From positions 1,426,001 through 1,490,000 of the forward strand of contig JAUFOR010000003.1 in assembly GCA_040285745.1 (NCBI GenBank): a stretch of 64,000 nt of DNA. The letters run 5' to 3'. This document shows, piece by piece, positions 1 to 10,884 of this stretch. A program made the translations under genes and the position numbers. The notes under the pieces were generated by a model. That model was not told the origin of the DNA. It saw only the letters and a program-made list of their open reading frames with translations, and made no database searches. The DNA is from Barthelona sp. PCE (lineage: Eukaryota). Position 1 is the stretch's first letter, and every line of letters starts with the position of its first letter.

Positions 1-225
1 TTGATATCCTGATCGATGAATAGATACTTTCTGATCTAGATACTCGACGCTGAGCTCTTTTAGAGCCTCCCTGCCCTCAAACATTCGCTGTTCTTCAGCA
101 ATGTAAGGTCTGAACCGACTGACTACAAAAACATTCCCATCTGAAACTGACTGTGCTCTTCTCCTACTTTGTGAAATCTCCACTGGCTCCTGTACAGACA
201 AACTCGCCCTTGGGGGCTTTGTCAT
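1..225 (-). CDS. Kinesin motor protein, 5' part (runs off window start)
   Basis: Manual translation from ATG 225: MTKPPRASLSVQEPVEISQSRRRAQSVSDGNVFVVSRFRPYIAEE... NVxVxxRxRP is the first motif of kinesin motor domains. The frame is open to position 1. Not in ORF track. Confidence 0.7.
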   Translation of the reverse strand, partial: MTKPPRASLSVQEPVEISQSRRRAQSVSDGNVFVVSRFRPYIAEEQRMFEGREALKELSVEYLDQKVSIHRSGYQ

Positions 226-740
226 TGGAGAATGAGATTGAAAAAGTAAAAACAAAAAATTGTTGCAGTGCAAGCATTGTGTGATGCGAATGTACATTTT
301 AGACCATAATCGTTGGATGATAATAGCTCTATTTTGAAAAGAGAAGCACCTGCGTTTTTTTTTTTGTAATTTTTTGATATATTTGTGAATATACTTTAAT
401 AATAACGCATAAAATGCAATAAAAACTTCTGGTCTCTCTTTTAATAAAAAGAACATTGCAGAACCAAAATATGTTGTTGTGAAATCTTTACACAATCATG
501 AAAGAGGTTGTGTATGTATTTAAAAGATATTCACTGGCTTAACTACCGATAAATGTGCAATTTGTGGAAATTCTATATTATTACAATCCATATCATTCAT
601 CTGTGAAGTATTTGTCTCCTTTTCTGAATTTAAACATACTTTAAATCTGTTAAGCAGCTTTCAACGCTTCCCAACCAGGTAACCAATGTTTTCTTTTTTT
701 CACTCCGTTTCTGCAATTTTTGCATATCTAATCGTGTAAG

Positions 741-1790
741 ATGAATGATATTAATCAAGCTATCGAACAGCTTAGACAAGGGAAATTCCTCAGGGAAGTT
801 CAGATGAAGAGCATCATAACAAGAGTATGTAGTGTAGTTTTTCCATCATTTAACATAGCAACTGAGCATATATGTTCAACTAAACGTCATTTTAAGCACG
901 GACTGTATTGCACGTTGAATATAAGGATTTTTCTATCTTATTCATTATTCTCTAACACTTAGTGTATTGAACTGTTCTCAAAAGAACCCAATATTGTCAT
1001 GCTGAAGCCGCCTGTCACAATTGTAGGCGATATTCACGGACAGTTACATGATCTTATTGAAATTTTCCGCATTGCAGGAGATCTACCTTACACAAGCTAC
1101 CTTTTTCTGGGTGATTTCGTTGATAGGGGCTACTACAGCGTTGAATGTGCTAGTTTATTGTTTGCTTTAAAAGTTAAGTATCCCAACCGTATCACACTAT
1201 TAAGAGGTAATCACGAGTCAAGACAAACAACACAGCTGTATGGATTCCACGAGGAGTGTGTCCGAAAGTACGGTAATTCCAATGTATGGCGATCATTCAT
1301 CCAGGCATTTGATTGTCTGCCAATCAGCGCTACAGTAGACTCAATATTTGCCCTCCATGGTGGTTTGAGCCCAGTAATCGATACACTTGATCAAATCAAG
1401 AACTTGGAGAGGAAGCAAGAAGTGCCACATGATGGAGCTCTTTGTGATCTTCTTTGGAGTGATCCTGATCCACGCCAGGGTTTCTTCCTCTCTCCCAGAG
1501 GCGCAGGATTCATGTGGGGTTCAGGATGTAGCGATGGTTTCCTCCATAGGAATGGACTCTCTCTTATTGCACGTGCTCACCAGGTTACAATGGACGGATA
1601 TCAATATATGCACAACAATAAGGTCGTCACCATCTTCTCTGCACCGAATTATTGTTACAAGGTTGATAATTTAGCTGCTCTTATGGAGGTTGACAACCAT
1701 TGCGATCATTCTTTCCAAGTTTTCGAACCTGCTCCTCGTAGAGGACAACCACACGTAACACGCTCATCACCTGAATACTTTGTCAGCTAA
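741..1790 (+). CDS. PP2A-family Ser/Thr phosphatase catalytic subunit, join(741..824,963..1790), 303 aa
   Basis: PPP motifs GDIHGQ, GDFVDRG, RGNHE, SAPNYC. Tail [17 protein letters not shown] resembles PP2Ac RRGEPHVTRRTPDYFL. Removing 825..962 joins ...SIITR to [14 protein letters not shown] in frame. Confidence 0.93.
825..962 (+). other. Spliceosomal intron, 138 nt, phase 0
   Basis: GTATGT...TCTAACACTTAG; removal restores a continuous PP2Ac N-terminus. Confidence 0.92.
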
Positions 1791-2198
1791 CTGATTAATA
1801 AAATACTTTATCCAATAATATTTGAGACAGCACCCCCAAAACTTACTGATGAACATACTATCTTTCAGTAAGCTGATACTGTTTCCCACATCACGTATAT
1901 GTTGTCCCGTTTGGCCGCTTCAGCATACTACAACACCCAATTTAGTAAAAATGTTACATATGTTAAGATATGATCGAAATCCACTTTTTTAATCTGAAGT
2001 ACCAAAAATGCTACGCTACGCCGCCCCACCGTTTTTTGAAAGCTTTCATAAAGAATAATTCAATTTGAGATGCTCAGATTCAAATTTCATCCGTTAAGGG
2101 GTTGTAAAGCATCGGCAGTCGCTTTAATATCTGTTTAACGAACATAATTCACTACATATAAACCAATAGACTGTTTAAAAAATTTTTCTCTACTTCAA

Positions 2199-3623
2199 AT
2201 GTTTATTAAACTTATTAATGGCACGATCGTAAACCATGATGGTAGATACGAGGGGGACGTTATCATTGACTCCACCACAGGCAAGATTTGTCAATCTCCT
2301 GCAAAAACTGTTCATAAAGTAATTGATTGTACAGGAAAATACATCATTCCTGGTGGCATTGATCCACATGTGCACTTCCAAATGCCTTTCTGTGGTACAG
2401 TTAGTATAGATGACTTCGAAAATGGTTCTAAGTGTGCTCTAAAGGGAGGTACCACTATGTTTATTGATTACGCCCTTAAATCCGATGAGCCCAACTATAA
2501 GGCTGCCTATGACACATACAGAAAGAAGGGAGAAAGCTCATGCTGTGATTTTGGTCTGCATATGATATTTGTCGATTATAATGAGAATATTGAAAAGGAA
2601 ATGGAGTTTGTACGCACAGAAGGAATTACATCTGCTAAGTTTTTCTACGCATATCGTGGGGCTTTGATGATGGAAGAGGAAAAAATGCCTGCTTTCCTTA
2701 CTAAATGCAGAGATCTCAAACTCTTACCTCAAGTACACTGTGAGGACAGTGATATTGTTGACGCTGAGCGTACCAGGATCTTTGAAGAATACACCCCTGA
2801 TCCATTCGGACATTGTTTAAGCAGACCCCCGTATGCAGAAGGTGTCGCTGCCCAGCGCTGCATTGAACTCGCTTCAGAAACCGATGTACCACTGTACATT
2901 GTCCACAACACACACCCTGAGTCAGTTGAAAGAATAGTCAACGCAAGTCAGCAAGGAAAAAAGATTGTTGGTGAAGCGTGTATTGTTCATATGGCTATGG
3001 ATTGGCGTGGTGCGCAGAACAAGAACTTTGATATTGCTGCGCAGCATATACTGTCTCCACCTCTGCGTGAGTACGGCATCAATAATTATATTAAGAATTA
3101 CATTGTGGACGGTGATCTGAAATTAGTCGCCACTGATCATTGTGCTTTCAATGTTGAACAACGCAGGATGGGTGCGGAAGATTTCCGTCGAATCCCTAAT
3201 GGAATGGTCTCTGTCGAGGAAAGATTGATGGTTTTGCATGAGCTTCTTGTCAATACAGGCCGTATTACAATGGAAAAGTTCGTTGAGGTATCGTCTTACA
3301 ACGCCACACAATTATTGGGTATTCCTAACAAAGGTTATATTGCACCTGGTTATGATGCTGATATTGTGATATGGGATCCGACAAAAGAACGTGTTTTAAG
3401 TGCTGAAACTCATCAATCCCACGTCGAAGTGTCGGCTTGGGAGGGCTATTCAGTTACTGGAACACCTGAGATTGTGATTTCACGTGGTGAGATTGTTGTT
3501 GAAAATGGTGAGCTGACTGATGCAGTTGCACCTGGTCGTGGTCAATACATTAAACGTGAAGATTCAATTTTGTTTAGTGATGAAATAAAAAAACTGACAT
3601 ATAACCATACAAAAGAGACTTAG
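2199..3623 (+). CDS. Dihydropyrimidinase / D-hydantoinase (cyclic amidohydrolase)
   Basis: PGGIDPHVH, GGTT, Lys in SAKFFYAY, VHCED, IVH, SPPLR, ATDHC, IPNG, DADIVIWDP. Confidence 0.92.
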   Translation: MFIKLINGTIVNHDGRYEGDVIIDSTTGKICQSPAKTVHKVIDCTGKYIIPGGIDPHVHFQMPFCGTVSIDDFENGSKCALKGGTTMFIDYALKSDEPNYKAAYDTYRKKGESSCCDFGLHMIFVDYNENIEKEMEFVRTEGITSAKFFYAYRGALMMEEEKMPAFLTKCRDLKLLPQVHCEDSDIVDAERTRIFEEYTPDPFGHCLSRPPYAEGVAAQRCIELASETDVPLYIVHNTHPESVERIVNASQQGKKIVGEACIVHMAMDWRGAQNKNFDIAAQHILSPPLREYGINNYIKNYIVDGDLKLVATDHCAFNVEQRRMGAEDFRRIPNGMVSVEERLMVLHELLVNTGRITMEKFVEVSSYNATQLLGIPNKGYIAPGYDADIVIWDPTKERVLSAETHQSHVEVSAWEGYSVTGTPEIVISRGEIVVENGELTDAVAPGRGQYIKREDSILFSDEIKKLTYNHTKET

Positions 3624-3945
3624 CACATTTTTGGAATAAAGCAGGTTGAAGAATATTCCCACCAAAATATTCACCAGAACACGAAAGGCTGACAGCTTCC
3701 CTACTCTCAAACGTTCGGGTTCTGGCATAAGATGAACGGCTAAAAAAAACAGAGGTGAGAAAATCATACAATCGCCATAGGTACAACAAAACCGCAGAAA
3801 AGGGGCACAAATAGCAATTTATATCCACTAAACGCTTCACAAAGAACAGATACTGTCAACAAAATAAGAAATTCTTGAATTCTCTTTTCTACTTTTATTC
3901 TCTCGTTTTTTTTTTCGTTTTATTCGAATTTTCATAACATCCCTC

Positions 3946-6756
3946 ATGAATAACCGTTTAACGTTAAAGAACCTTTTGTTTTTAATTTTTGCTTTGCTGG
4001 CAACATGCTCAGCTGTCGTCATTCCTTGCTCGACATCTGAAACCACCCAGCTGTCAGCAGGAACTACAACATTTACTTTAGATTACTTAAACCGATGTGA
4101 TTCTCGAACAACCTTGAGAACAAACACATACGGACAAGCTATTAAGATAACCATCAATGAGTTCAGTTTGGAAGCTCATAGTACTTGCAACTATGATTAC
4201 ATTTCGTTTGAAGGTGTTGATGGCATATCCCCCACAAGTAGATACTGTACTACTACCCCTTTTAATAGCACAATCGTTACTCCCTCTTCATTGAACTCAT
4301 ATGCCGATTTCTCAATTGTTTTCCATTCTGATGGCTCCGTCGTCCGCTCTGGTATGGATTTTGAAGTTGAAGTTCTTGATTTAGCTTCTCAATGTAACTA
4401 TGTCGGATATTACGTTGATGGCGCATGTGTCTGTATTGGCTCTGGATGTGTTACCAGTGAGCAATTCAGTATGCCATTGGACGATCTTTTGAATGATACG
4501 ATTTCTATCGCTCACCCTGAGGGAATGGTTTATTTTGAAAGCAGTTATCAGCATCGTGCAGATTTCTTCCTCAGATTCACCGCCTACCGTCGCAATGATG
4601 AGATCTTTAAGTTCAAGTTCGATACTCTTGCTCTTGAGAGAAACTATGATTACATTCAGTTCTCTGGGGTCGATTACATTTCTGAATCTCCTATTTATCG
4701 TACTTCTGATATCCTCGCCCTTTCTCGTGATGGGTATTTCTTCTCCAAGCGCGGGGAGGTACCAGTGATGTGGTTTCATTCCGATGGATCCGTCGTCCAA
4801 GCCAACCTCAACATGACATGGGAGTTAACCAATTACACTGATACGGTTGACGTTCACTGTCTCAACATGGGTCGTCACGTTTACAACACATCTTGCGCAT
4901 GTGATTTCGATAGTGTGATTACATTCAGCAGTGACTGTACGGGCGCCGAGAACGTTGTCTTCTTATCCAGCTTCAGCGAACATGAATCCGTTCACGCTGA
5001 TAATCTTTTTGTTTTCAAGAACCCCAACTACGGTCTCAACAACATGAGCGCTGTCATTGATCTTTGCGCCTCTCACATCATCAAATCCATCACTGTCGAG
5101 CAAGGTGGTGACACATCATTCGATATTTCTTATCGCCATGATATTTACGCCACACCTGTCGATATTACTACGTTTGACACTGCAATGGATGTTGAGGAGA
5201 GTACATGCATTTCTTTCATCTTTGAAAGCACTTCCATCCTTTCTGACTTCAACGTCACCATCACCACGCATAACCATAACTCAACTGTCATTGGTTGGTG
5301 CCCAGTTGGCTGTGGACACAATCAACAGTGCACTTCTTCTGGTTGTGAGTGCATGGAGGATTTTTCTGGTGCTGATTGCACCATTTTTTCCCAAGGTCAG
5401 TATCACGCTTTGCTCTCTGATGAGTATATCCAGCGTTCATACAACATCCTTGACGAGCTCGACTTCAACCTTGAGTTCACAACACTTGGTGTTGTCCGTG
5501 GCTATGCTACAATTGAACTCACTGGCATGCACGGTACCATCATTGTAATCCGCAATGGTCAAACTGAGACCACCTATCCCGCGGTGAACATCTTTGATTC
5601 AACTCAGATCTTTTCTTTCCACGTACAAGCCATGGATACCGTTACGATTCAGATCCCTAACCCCGTAGGAGTCATTGTCAGCTTTGACTACACTCGCAGT
5701 CTTTGTGATTGCGTGAATTGTGATCAACGTACATGCTCTTGCTATGCTGATTGGATTGGTGAAGAGTGTAATGTTTTTATGCCCAACTCTGGTTCCGAAC
5801 GCATTGTCGATACTGCATTCATTGAGTACAACTACGAGGAGATGCCTGACAACCTGGACTATACTTTGGACTTCTCCCCTATGATTTCATACGGTGAATA
5901 TTATATTGTACTGTTTGAGAATGCTGCAATTGAAGATTCATCCACTTGTGATTATGACTATATCCAACTCAACAACATCAAGTTGTGTGGTAGCACCGTA
6001 CCTTCTGCTGTCCGTTTCGATATGAGTTCTTTAAATACGATGAGAGTCCATTCTGACAGCTCCGTTCACTCTTCTGTTCGTATCAGAGGTTTCAGCGCCG
6101 TCAACATCCCGTCTACAATTACATGTCAGAGCGAGGAGACTGCATTCTACAACCCCTTTACTGATACAGAGGAATGTGCTATCAACGTCCGTCAGATTAG
6201 AAGAGGAAGCGACTATGATGACTATAACTATGATAACTACGAGTCTGAGTGGTTCTCTTCAATGGTCCGTGTCATTGTTGTACTGTTGATCGTCACTGGT
6301 TGTTGTTGTGGTTGTTGCGCTCCTTGTCGTAAGAAGACCAAGAAGACCAATGAACAAAGACCGACTGCTGCTCCTATCAAACCTATGAATGTCAACAAAC
6401 AAGTTCCTATTGTTGTTTCTGGTCAACCTGCACCTGCTCACGCTCCCAATGTACAGCCTGGTGTACCCACAGCTCAACCTCCAATTGTCGTCTCTGGTTA
6501 TCCTCAGCAGCCCCAGTACCCTTCATCATTACCTATTGCCAGCGCTCCTTCCATGTCATTTGCTCCCAGCATGCTTGGAATGTCTGCTGTTCCTCTTGTG
6601 TCATATCCAATGGCTGGAAGTATGTCTATGCCTCCCATGCCTATGCAGCCAATGAGCATGCAACCAATGCAGCAACACATGCCATCTTATAATCCTACAA
6701 TGGGTTATAATGCTCCTCAGCCTATGCAAAACTATCAGCCTCCCAAGCATTATTAA
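3946..6756 (+). CDS. Type I membrane protein with CUB-like and EGF-like repeats and a Pro/Met/Gln-rich cytoplasmic tail
   Basis: Signal peptide; repeated CUB signatures (CNYDYI...FHSDGSV, NYDYI...FHSDGSV, CDYDYI...VHSDSSV); EGF-like CECMEDFSGADC and CSCYADWIGEEC; one TM helix followed by GCCCGCCAPC. Confidence 0.8.
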   Translation: MNNRLTLKNLLFLIFALLATCSAVVIPCSTSETTQLSAGTTTFTLDYLNRCDSRTTLRTNTYGQAIKITINEFSLEAHSTCNYDYISFEGVDGISPTSRYCTTTPFNSTIVTPSSLNSYADFSIVFHSDGSVVRSGMDFEVEVLDLASQCNYVGYYVDGACVCIGSGCVTSEQFSMPLDDLLNDTISIAHPEGMVYFESSYQHRADFFLRFTAYRRNDEIFKFKFDTLALERNYDYIQFSGVDYISESPIYRTSDILALSRDGYFFSKRGEVPVMWFHSDGSVVQANLNMTWELTNYTDTVDVHCLNMGRHVYNTSCACDFDSVITFSSDCTGAENVVFLSSFSEHESVHADNLFVFKNPNYGLNNMSAVIDLCASHIIKSITVEQGGDTSFDISYRHDIYATPVDITTFDTAMDVEESTCISFIFESTSILSDFNVTITTHNHNSTVIGWCPVGCGHNQQCTSSGCECMEDFSGADCTIFSQGQYHALLSDEYIQRSYNILDELDFNLEFTTLGVVRGYATIELTGMHGTIIVIRNGQTETTYPAVNIFDSTQIFSFHVQAMDTVTIQIPNPVGVIVSFDYTRSLCDCVNCDQRTCSCYADWIGEECNVFMPNSGSERIVDTAFIEYNYEEMPDNLDYTLDFSPMISYGEYYIVLFENAAIEDSSTCDYDYIQLNNIKLCGSTVPSAVRFDMSSLNTMRVHSDSSVHSSVRIRGFSAVNIPSTITCQSEETAFYNPFTDTEECAINVRQIRRGSDYDDYNYDNYESEWFSSMVRVIVVLLIVTGCCCGCCAPCRKKTKKTNEQRPTAAPIKPMNVNKQVPIVVSGQPAPAHAPNVQPGVPTAQPPIVVSGYPQQPQYPSSLPIASAPSMSFAPSMLGMSAVPLVSYPMAGSMSMPPMPMQPMSMQPMQQHMPSYNPTMGYNAPQPMQNYQPPKHY

Positions 6757-7003
6757 TACTAGTTGTTTTTAGTTACATTTTTGTTAATATACAATGTAAA
6801 TACTGACTTTTATAATTGACACGTGTTTTTAGTAACTTAGATTTTCAATTACTAAATATGAAATCTCTACGAAAATTCTCATCACAATAACTTTAGCCAG
6901 ATTAAGGTGAATACATGGCGATAATATGCCTGTGGCGCAGAGTATATTGCGGTCAGCAGGTTTTTACACGTTAAGCGGTTTTTAACTCTTTTCTACTTTG
7001 AAT

Positions 7004-8647
7004 ATGAATCTCTTTTACGTGTTCTACCTTGCTGTTTTGGGCCTTGCTATTGTTTCTGCCGCCCAAGTTAAGGCAGTCGAAGCTAGTGTTTATGTATCGT
7101 CTGTTAGCTCCAACCCCCAATACCATATTAAGTTTGGTGTTTTGGATAAGTACAATGCTGCTGCTTTTGGTTACTACTATCCCGAGCAGAACGTTACAGG
7201 CTTTGATCGTCTTTACGTTCATTCCAACTCTCATTTCCCCGATGATGTTCAAGCGTATGCCATAGGTTTCCTCGAGGGAGCCATCACTGCACCTCAGCTA
7301 TACCTCACAAGCAGGAATTTCCTGAATAATGACTTTAGCGGAAAGCATACTCCAGGAAAAATTCTTGACTTCATGCACACTCAACTTCGCTGGATCCAAG
7401 ACGAGATCAAGGCAAACCCAGAGAGTCTTTATTGGAAAAACATTGAACTCGTTCTTAAGCAGTTCTTCGGTCTTGTCCGTGGTTATAACACCCAGTGCGA
7501 GGATTACCAAGCACTTGATTTTGACACGTTGTTCGCCATTGCATCAGCAGGTGAGCTTGCGGACCTAGTCCCTGGTCTCATTCCTTCGCAACGTTGTGAA
7601 TGGTATCGTTTTCCCCAAGAGGTTTGCCTAGAAGAAGCTGTCAAGCATCACTGTACTGCTTTCATCCGTTTGCTTCCCGACTATAGCGACATCTTTGCCG
7701 CACACAACCTGTGGACATCATACGGTAACCTCCGTATCTATAAGTATTACAACACTCCTTATTCCACAGTTCATGCCCCCAGTGTCTCGTTTTCAAGCAA
7801 GCCCGGTGATCTCCGTTCCAAAGACGATTTCTACCAACTCAGCTCAGGCCTCATTGTGCTTGAGACCAGCCTCCCTGTTTTGAATGACGACCCTTACAAG
7901 AAACTCACACCCGAGAAGACTATCCCCACCTGGATCCGTGTCATTGTCGCCAACCGTATGGCCAAGGACGCCGTCGAATGGACCACCCTCTTCAAGCAGT
8001 ACAACTCAGGTACACATAACAACGAATGGTTCGTGCTTGACACCAACAAATTCACCAAGGGTAAGCCCCTCCCCCCTCAATCTGTATTTGCACTTGACCA
8101 GAGCCCCGGTTACGTTGAAGTAATGGATATGACCGATGAACTGAACACCAACGGGTGGATCGCATCCATCAACATCCCACGTTCTAAGAAAATCTGGAGC
8201 GCAACCGGATATCCCGAATACGTCAAGAACTTTGGCAAGTATGGTCATTGGTTCAGCTATGAAGATGCCCCCCGTATGGCAATCATGCGCCGTGATGCGC
8301 CAAAGGTCAAAACATGGGATGATCTTAAGAAGTTCATGCGCGCCAACGATTATAAGAATGATGAGCTGTCTGAAGGATATCCTTTCAACCAGATTGCAGC
8401 ACGTTGGGATGTCATTGAAGAAAACCCACTCCACTTTAAACCCCAAGCTTATGGCGCTATCGATGCCAAGCTTACCAACCTCGAACGTTTACGTAACATG
8501 AATCCAGAGATTATTGCTGGCCCCACCACTGATGCTGATTATCTTGAGCCCTTCAACTGGGACACTGCATCTGTAGGTCAAGATACTAGCCACATTGGTA
8601 TGCCCAGTGTCTGGAAATTTGATTGGCAGGACGTTCGCCCCGAATAG
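7004..8647 (+). CDS. Phospholipase B-like protein (PLBD family, Ntn-hydrolase)
   Basis: Signal peptide; AYAIGFLEG, HCTAFIR (nucleophile Cys), SKDDFY, YNSGTHNNEW, GAIDAK. First ATG is at 7004. Confidence 0.9.
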   Translation: MNLFYVFYLAVLGLAIVSAAQVKAVEASVYVSSVSSNPQYHIKFGVLDKYNAAAFGYYYPEQNVTGFDRLYVHSNSHFPDDVQAYAIGFLEGAITAPQLYLTSRNFLNNDFSGKHTPGKILDFMHTQLRWIQDEIKANPESLYWKNIELVLKQFFGLVRGYNTQCEDYQALDFDTLFAIASAGELADLVPGLIPSQRCEWYRFPQEVCLEEAVKHHCTAFIRLLPDYSDIFAAHNLWTSYGNLRIYKYYNTPYSTVHAPSVSFSSKPGDLRSKDDFYQLSSGLIVLETSLPVLNDDPYKKLTPEKTIPTWIRVIVANRMAKDAVEWTTLFKQYNSGTHNNEWFVLDTNKFTKGKPLPPQSVFALDQSPGYVEVMDMTDELNTNGWIASINIPRSKKIWSATGYPEYVKNFGKYGHWFSYEDAPRMAIMRRDAPKVKTWDDLKKFMRANDYKNDELSEGYPFNQIAARWDVIEENPLHFKPQAYGAIDAKLTNLERLRNMNPEIIAGPTTDADYLEPFNWDTASVGQDTSHIGMPSVWKFDWQDVRPE

Positions 8648-8788
8648 TCATTGTCTTTATTGGACATTAGAAATAATAAACATATTTTTTTTAGTTTTAA
8701 GATTTTCTCCTCTTACCTACATTTGTTCATCATCATCATCAACTTTTAGCTTATTTTAAACAATTTCTCAAGCACTTATAACGCATTA

Positions 8789-9073
8789 ATGTCTTTATTC
8801 TATTCTTTATTCAAAAGTCTCCTAAAAACTGAAGTTAGGGTTGTTTTTAACACTGGAATGTCCGTCAAGGGGGAGTTATACTCAATCGATCACAGTAACA
8901 ACATCAGACTGCGTAATATAACCGTGGAAAATGTTGAACAGTTTCCTTTCTTAATCGGAAGCTCTGATCTCTTCATTCAGAATGACAATATCGATACAAT
9001 CGAGCCCTTAAACGCCAGAATTGATTATGATGTACTACAACAAGCCACAATCAAGGGTTTTACCAATTTCTAG
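8789..9073 (+). CDS. LSM2: Sm-like protein LSm2
   Basis: LFYSLFKSL N-terminus, Sm1 GELYSIDHSNNIRL and C-terminal LQQAT match LSm2. Confidence 0.78.
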   Translation: MSLFYSLFKSLLKTEVRVVFNTGMSVKGELYSIDHSNNIRLRNITVENVEQFPFLIGSSDLFIQNDNIDTIEPLNARIDYDVLQQATIKGFTNF

Positions 9074-9198
9074 ATTCCAATACATCATAACATTGTTTTT
9101 ATTATAGGCAGTAGAACGCCATACCAACATGCGTAGAGGGGTGTTCTATTTGCTGCCATAACTGTAAATCACACTTGGAAAATTGAGTTGCAAAGTAA

Positions 9199-9510
9199 CT
9201 ACTCAGCAGCTTCCATCTTAACCGACTCTTTTGGCTTTTCCTCCACTTCAACGGGAGCTCCCTTAAGATGGGTAAGTTTTAAACGCAAAGAAGATATTGT
9301 TTGTTGCATCGACACTACTTTATCAAGCAAAAAACTCTTCTCAGCTTCTAATCGATCAACCTGAGATACAAACTCCCTTCTATCATCCAATGACTGTTGG
9401 ATAACCTTCTGAGCCTCCAGAAATTGCTCTTTCAACCAATAATACTTCTTCTCATAATCAATATCGCTATTATCCCTCTCTATCTCTGTGTTATCGTTAA
9501 CCCCATCCAT
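9199..9510 (-). CDS. Small coiled-coil protein of unknown function
   Basis: 103-aa ATG ORF with heptad pattern (VDRLEAEKSFLLDKV); AATAAA downstream on the minus strand. Confidence 0.6.
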   Translation of the reverse strand: MDGVNDNTEIERDNSDIDYEKKYYWLKEQFLEAQKVIQQSLDDRREFVSQVDRLEAEKSFLLDKVVSMQQTISSLRLKLTHLKGAPVEVEEKPKESVKMEAAE

Positions 9511-9612
9511 TTTTGCCTGAACTGTGTGATAAGACCCAACGTTGAAAAGAATTATAAACGGAATTACAATTCACTACCTTATTCTTTCAAATTTTTTTTA
9601 TAATATGGTTCT

Positions 9613-10884
9613 ATGAGCGCAGAACATTGGTATTTCAGATTTTCATTCATCAATAAGGAAGATTTTGACGAATATTTACCCATTTTGAAGCAAATTCCTT
9701 CTTTGCTATCCATAATAAGGTCTTCTAATACCCCAAAAACCGTGGTCAACGATGTGAGGCAGCACCTATCCCTTGTATTTTCGCTATATGTAACTCAGTT
9801 CGAAAGATTCTTAAACGAAAACTCCCCATTCACTCATGAGAATGTGACTGATGTTATAGTTGCATACCATTCTTATCATTATGCCACAACATCTCTTTCA
9901 CAGAACAAGGTTACGAAACCTCAGAACAGCGTGTCTGTTTTGGAACAATTTTTCACAGAACTCTCTTCTTTTCTTGATGATACATGCACTCAAACTATTT
10001 CGTTGGGATGTGGTCTTATTCCTCTTGTCGGAAAAGAAAACTTTGAGATTTTCAACTACAGTTTGAAACCACAAATCTCGTTGGATAGTTATGAACCAAT
10101 CAAAAAGACCCGTGTATACACTTCAGGGGATGCGTTTCCAAGGTTAGAAAGGATTCTACCATCATTTACTCTGCAAGATTTTGGTTTTTTACCAGACTAT
10201 TTTGCATCATTTTTTGAAGAATTCTATACAATCAATACATTTCAATGTCCTACTTTGCGCAAATCTAGGTTTCTTTTACTCCATTGTAAGCTTGATATTA
10301 TGTTGGAAAAATTTGCCAACCTCAACGTTCGCTCTTTTTCTTTTGAACAGCAAAATCGTATAGATTTGGTTTTCCTTCCCTTGTTAAGTACCCTGTTTCT
10401 GCTTTCTGACCTGGATTTCTTCGGTAACAAACATCAAATTGAGAGAACAGTTACACACTTTAAGAGCATTGCGAAAAAGCAAATTTGCAGTATGATTGTG
10501 TCAAAAGGTATATATAAAATGGACAAGGCTGAATTTATTGCATTTTTTGATGTTCTGAGTGTTTTTTTTACAGACGAATATACACATCATAAATGTTTCA
10601 AAAGAGCACTAACGTTCATTCTGGAGGAAATCGTTAACGGAATGATACATGGCATGAAGACACAGCAATCTCTGGACCCTCAGATCATCACAGCTCAAGT
10701 GGAGCATCTTGAAAAATGTGCAGTCTTGCACAATTTAGATTATTTTTACACACCGCTCAAACGAGTACAGAACATTGTATTGGGTAGATATGGTCGCACT
10801 TGCTGTGCATGTCTTGTTTTAGACCGTGAATACGAAGAGGCAATACCAATCATGGAACTGCGCATGTGGGAACGAAAATTGTAA
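9613..10884 (+). CDS. Hypothetical alpha-helical protein, 423 aa
   Basis: Long ATG ORF followed by TGTAAATAAA; no motif recognised. Confidence 0.65.
   Translation: MSAEHWYFRFSFINKEDFDEYLPILKQIPSLLSIIRSSNTPKTVVNDVRQHLSLVFSLYVTQFERFLNENSPFTHENVTDVIVAYHSYHYATTSLSQNKVTKPQNSVSVLEQFFTELSSFLDDTCTQTISLGCGLIPLVGKENFEIFNYSLKPQISLDSYEPIKKTRVYTSGDAFPRLERILPSFTLQDFGFLPDYFASFFEEFYTINTFQCPTLRKSRFLLLHCKLDIMLEKFANLNVRSFSFEQQNRIDLVFLPLLSTLFLLSDLDFFGNKHQIERTVTHFKSIAKKQICSMIVSKGIYKMDKAEFIAFFDVLSVFFTDEYTHHKCFKRALTFILEEIVNGMIHGMKTQQSLDPQIITAQVEHLEKCAVLHNLDYFYTPLKRVQNIVLGRYGRTCCACLVLDREYEEAIPIMELRMWERKL

Noticed and set aside
1842-1876. 8-bp hairpin with CTGATGA/CTGA resembling C/D boxes
   Set aside because: The boxes are too close together and partly inside the stem; plausible by chance.
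5656-5668. CTAACCCCGTAG acceptor-like motif in the CUB gene
   Set aside because: It is inside an uninterrupted ORF, spacing is off by one, and no splice is needed.
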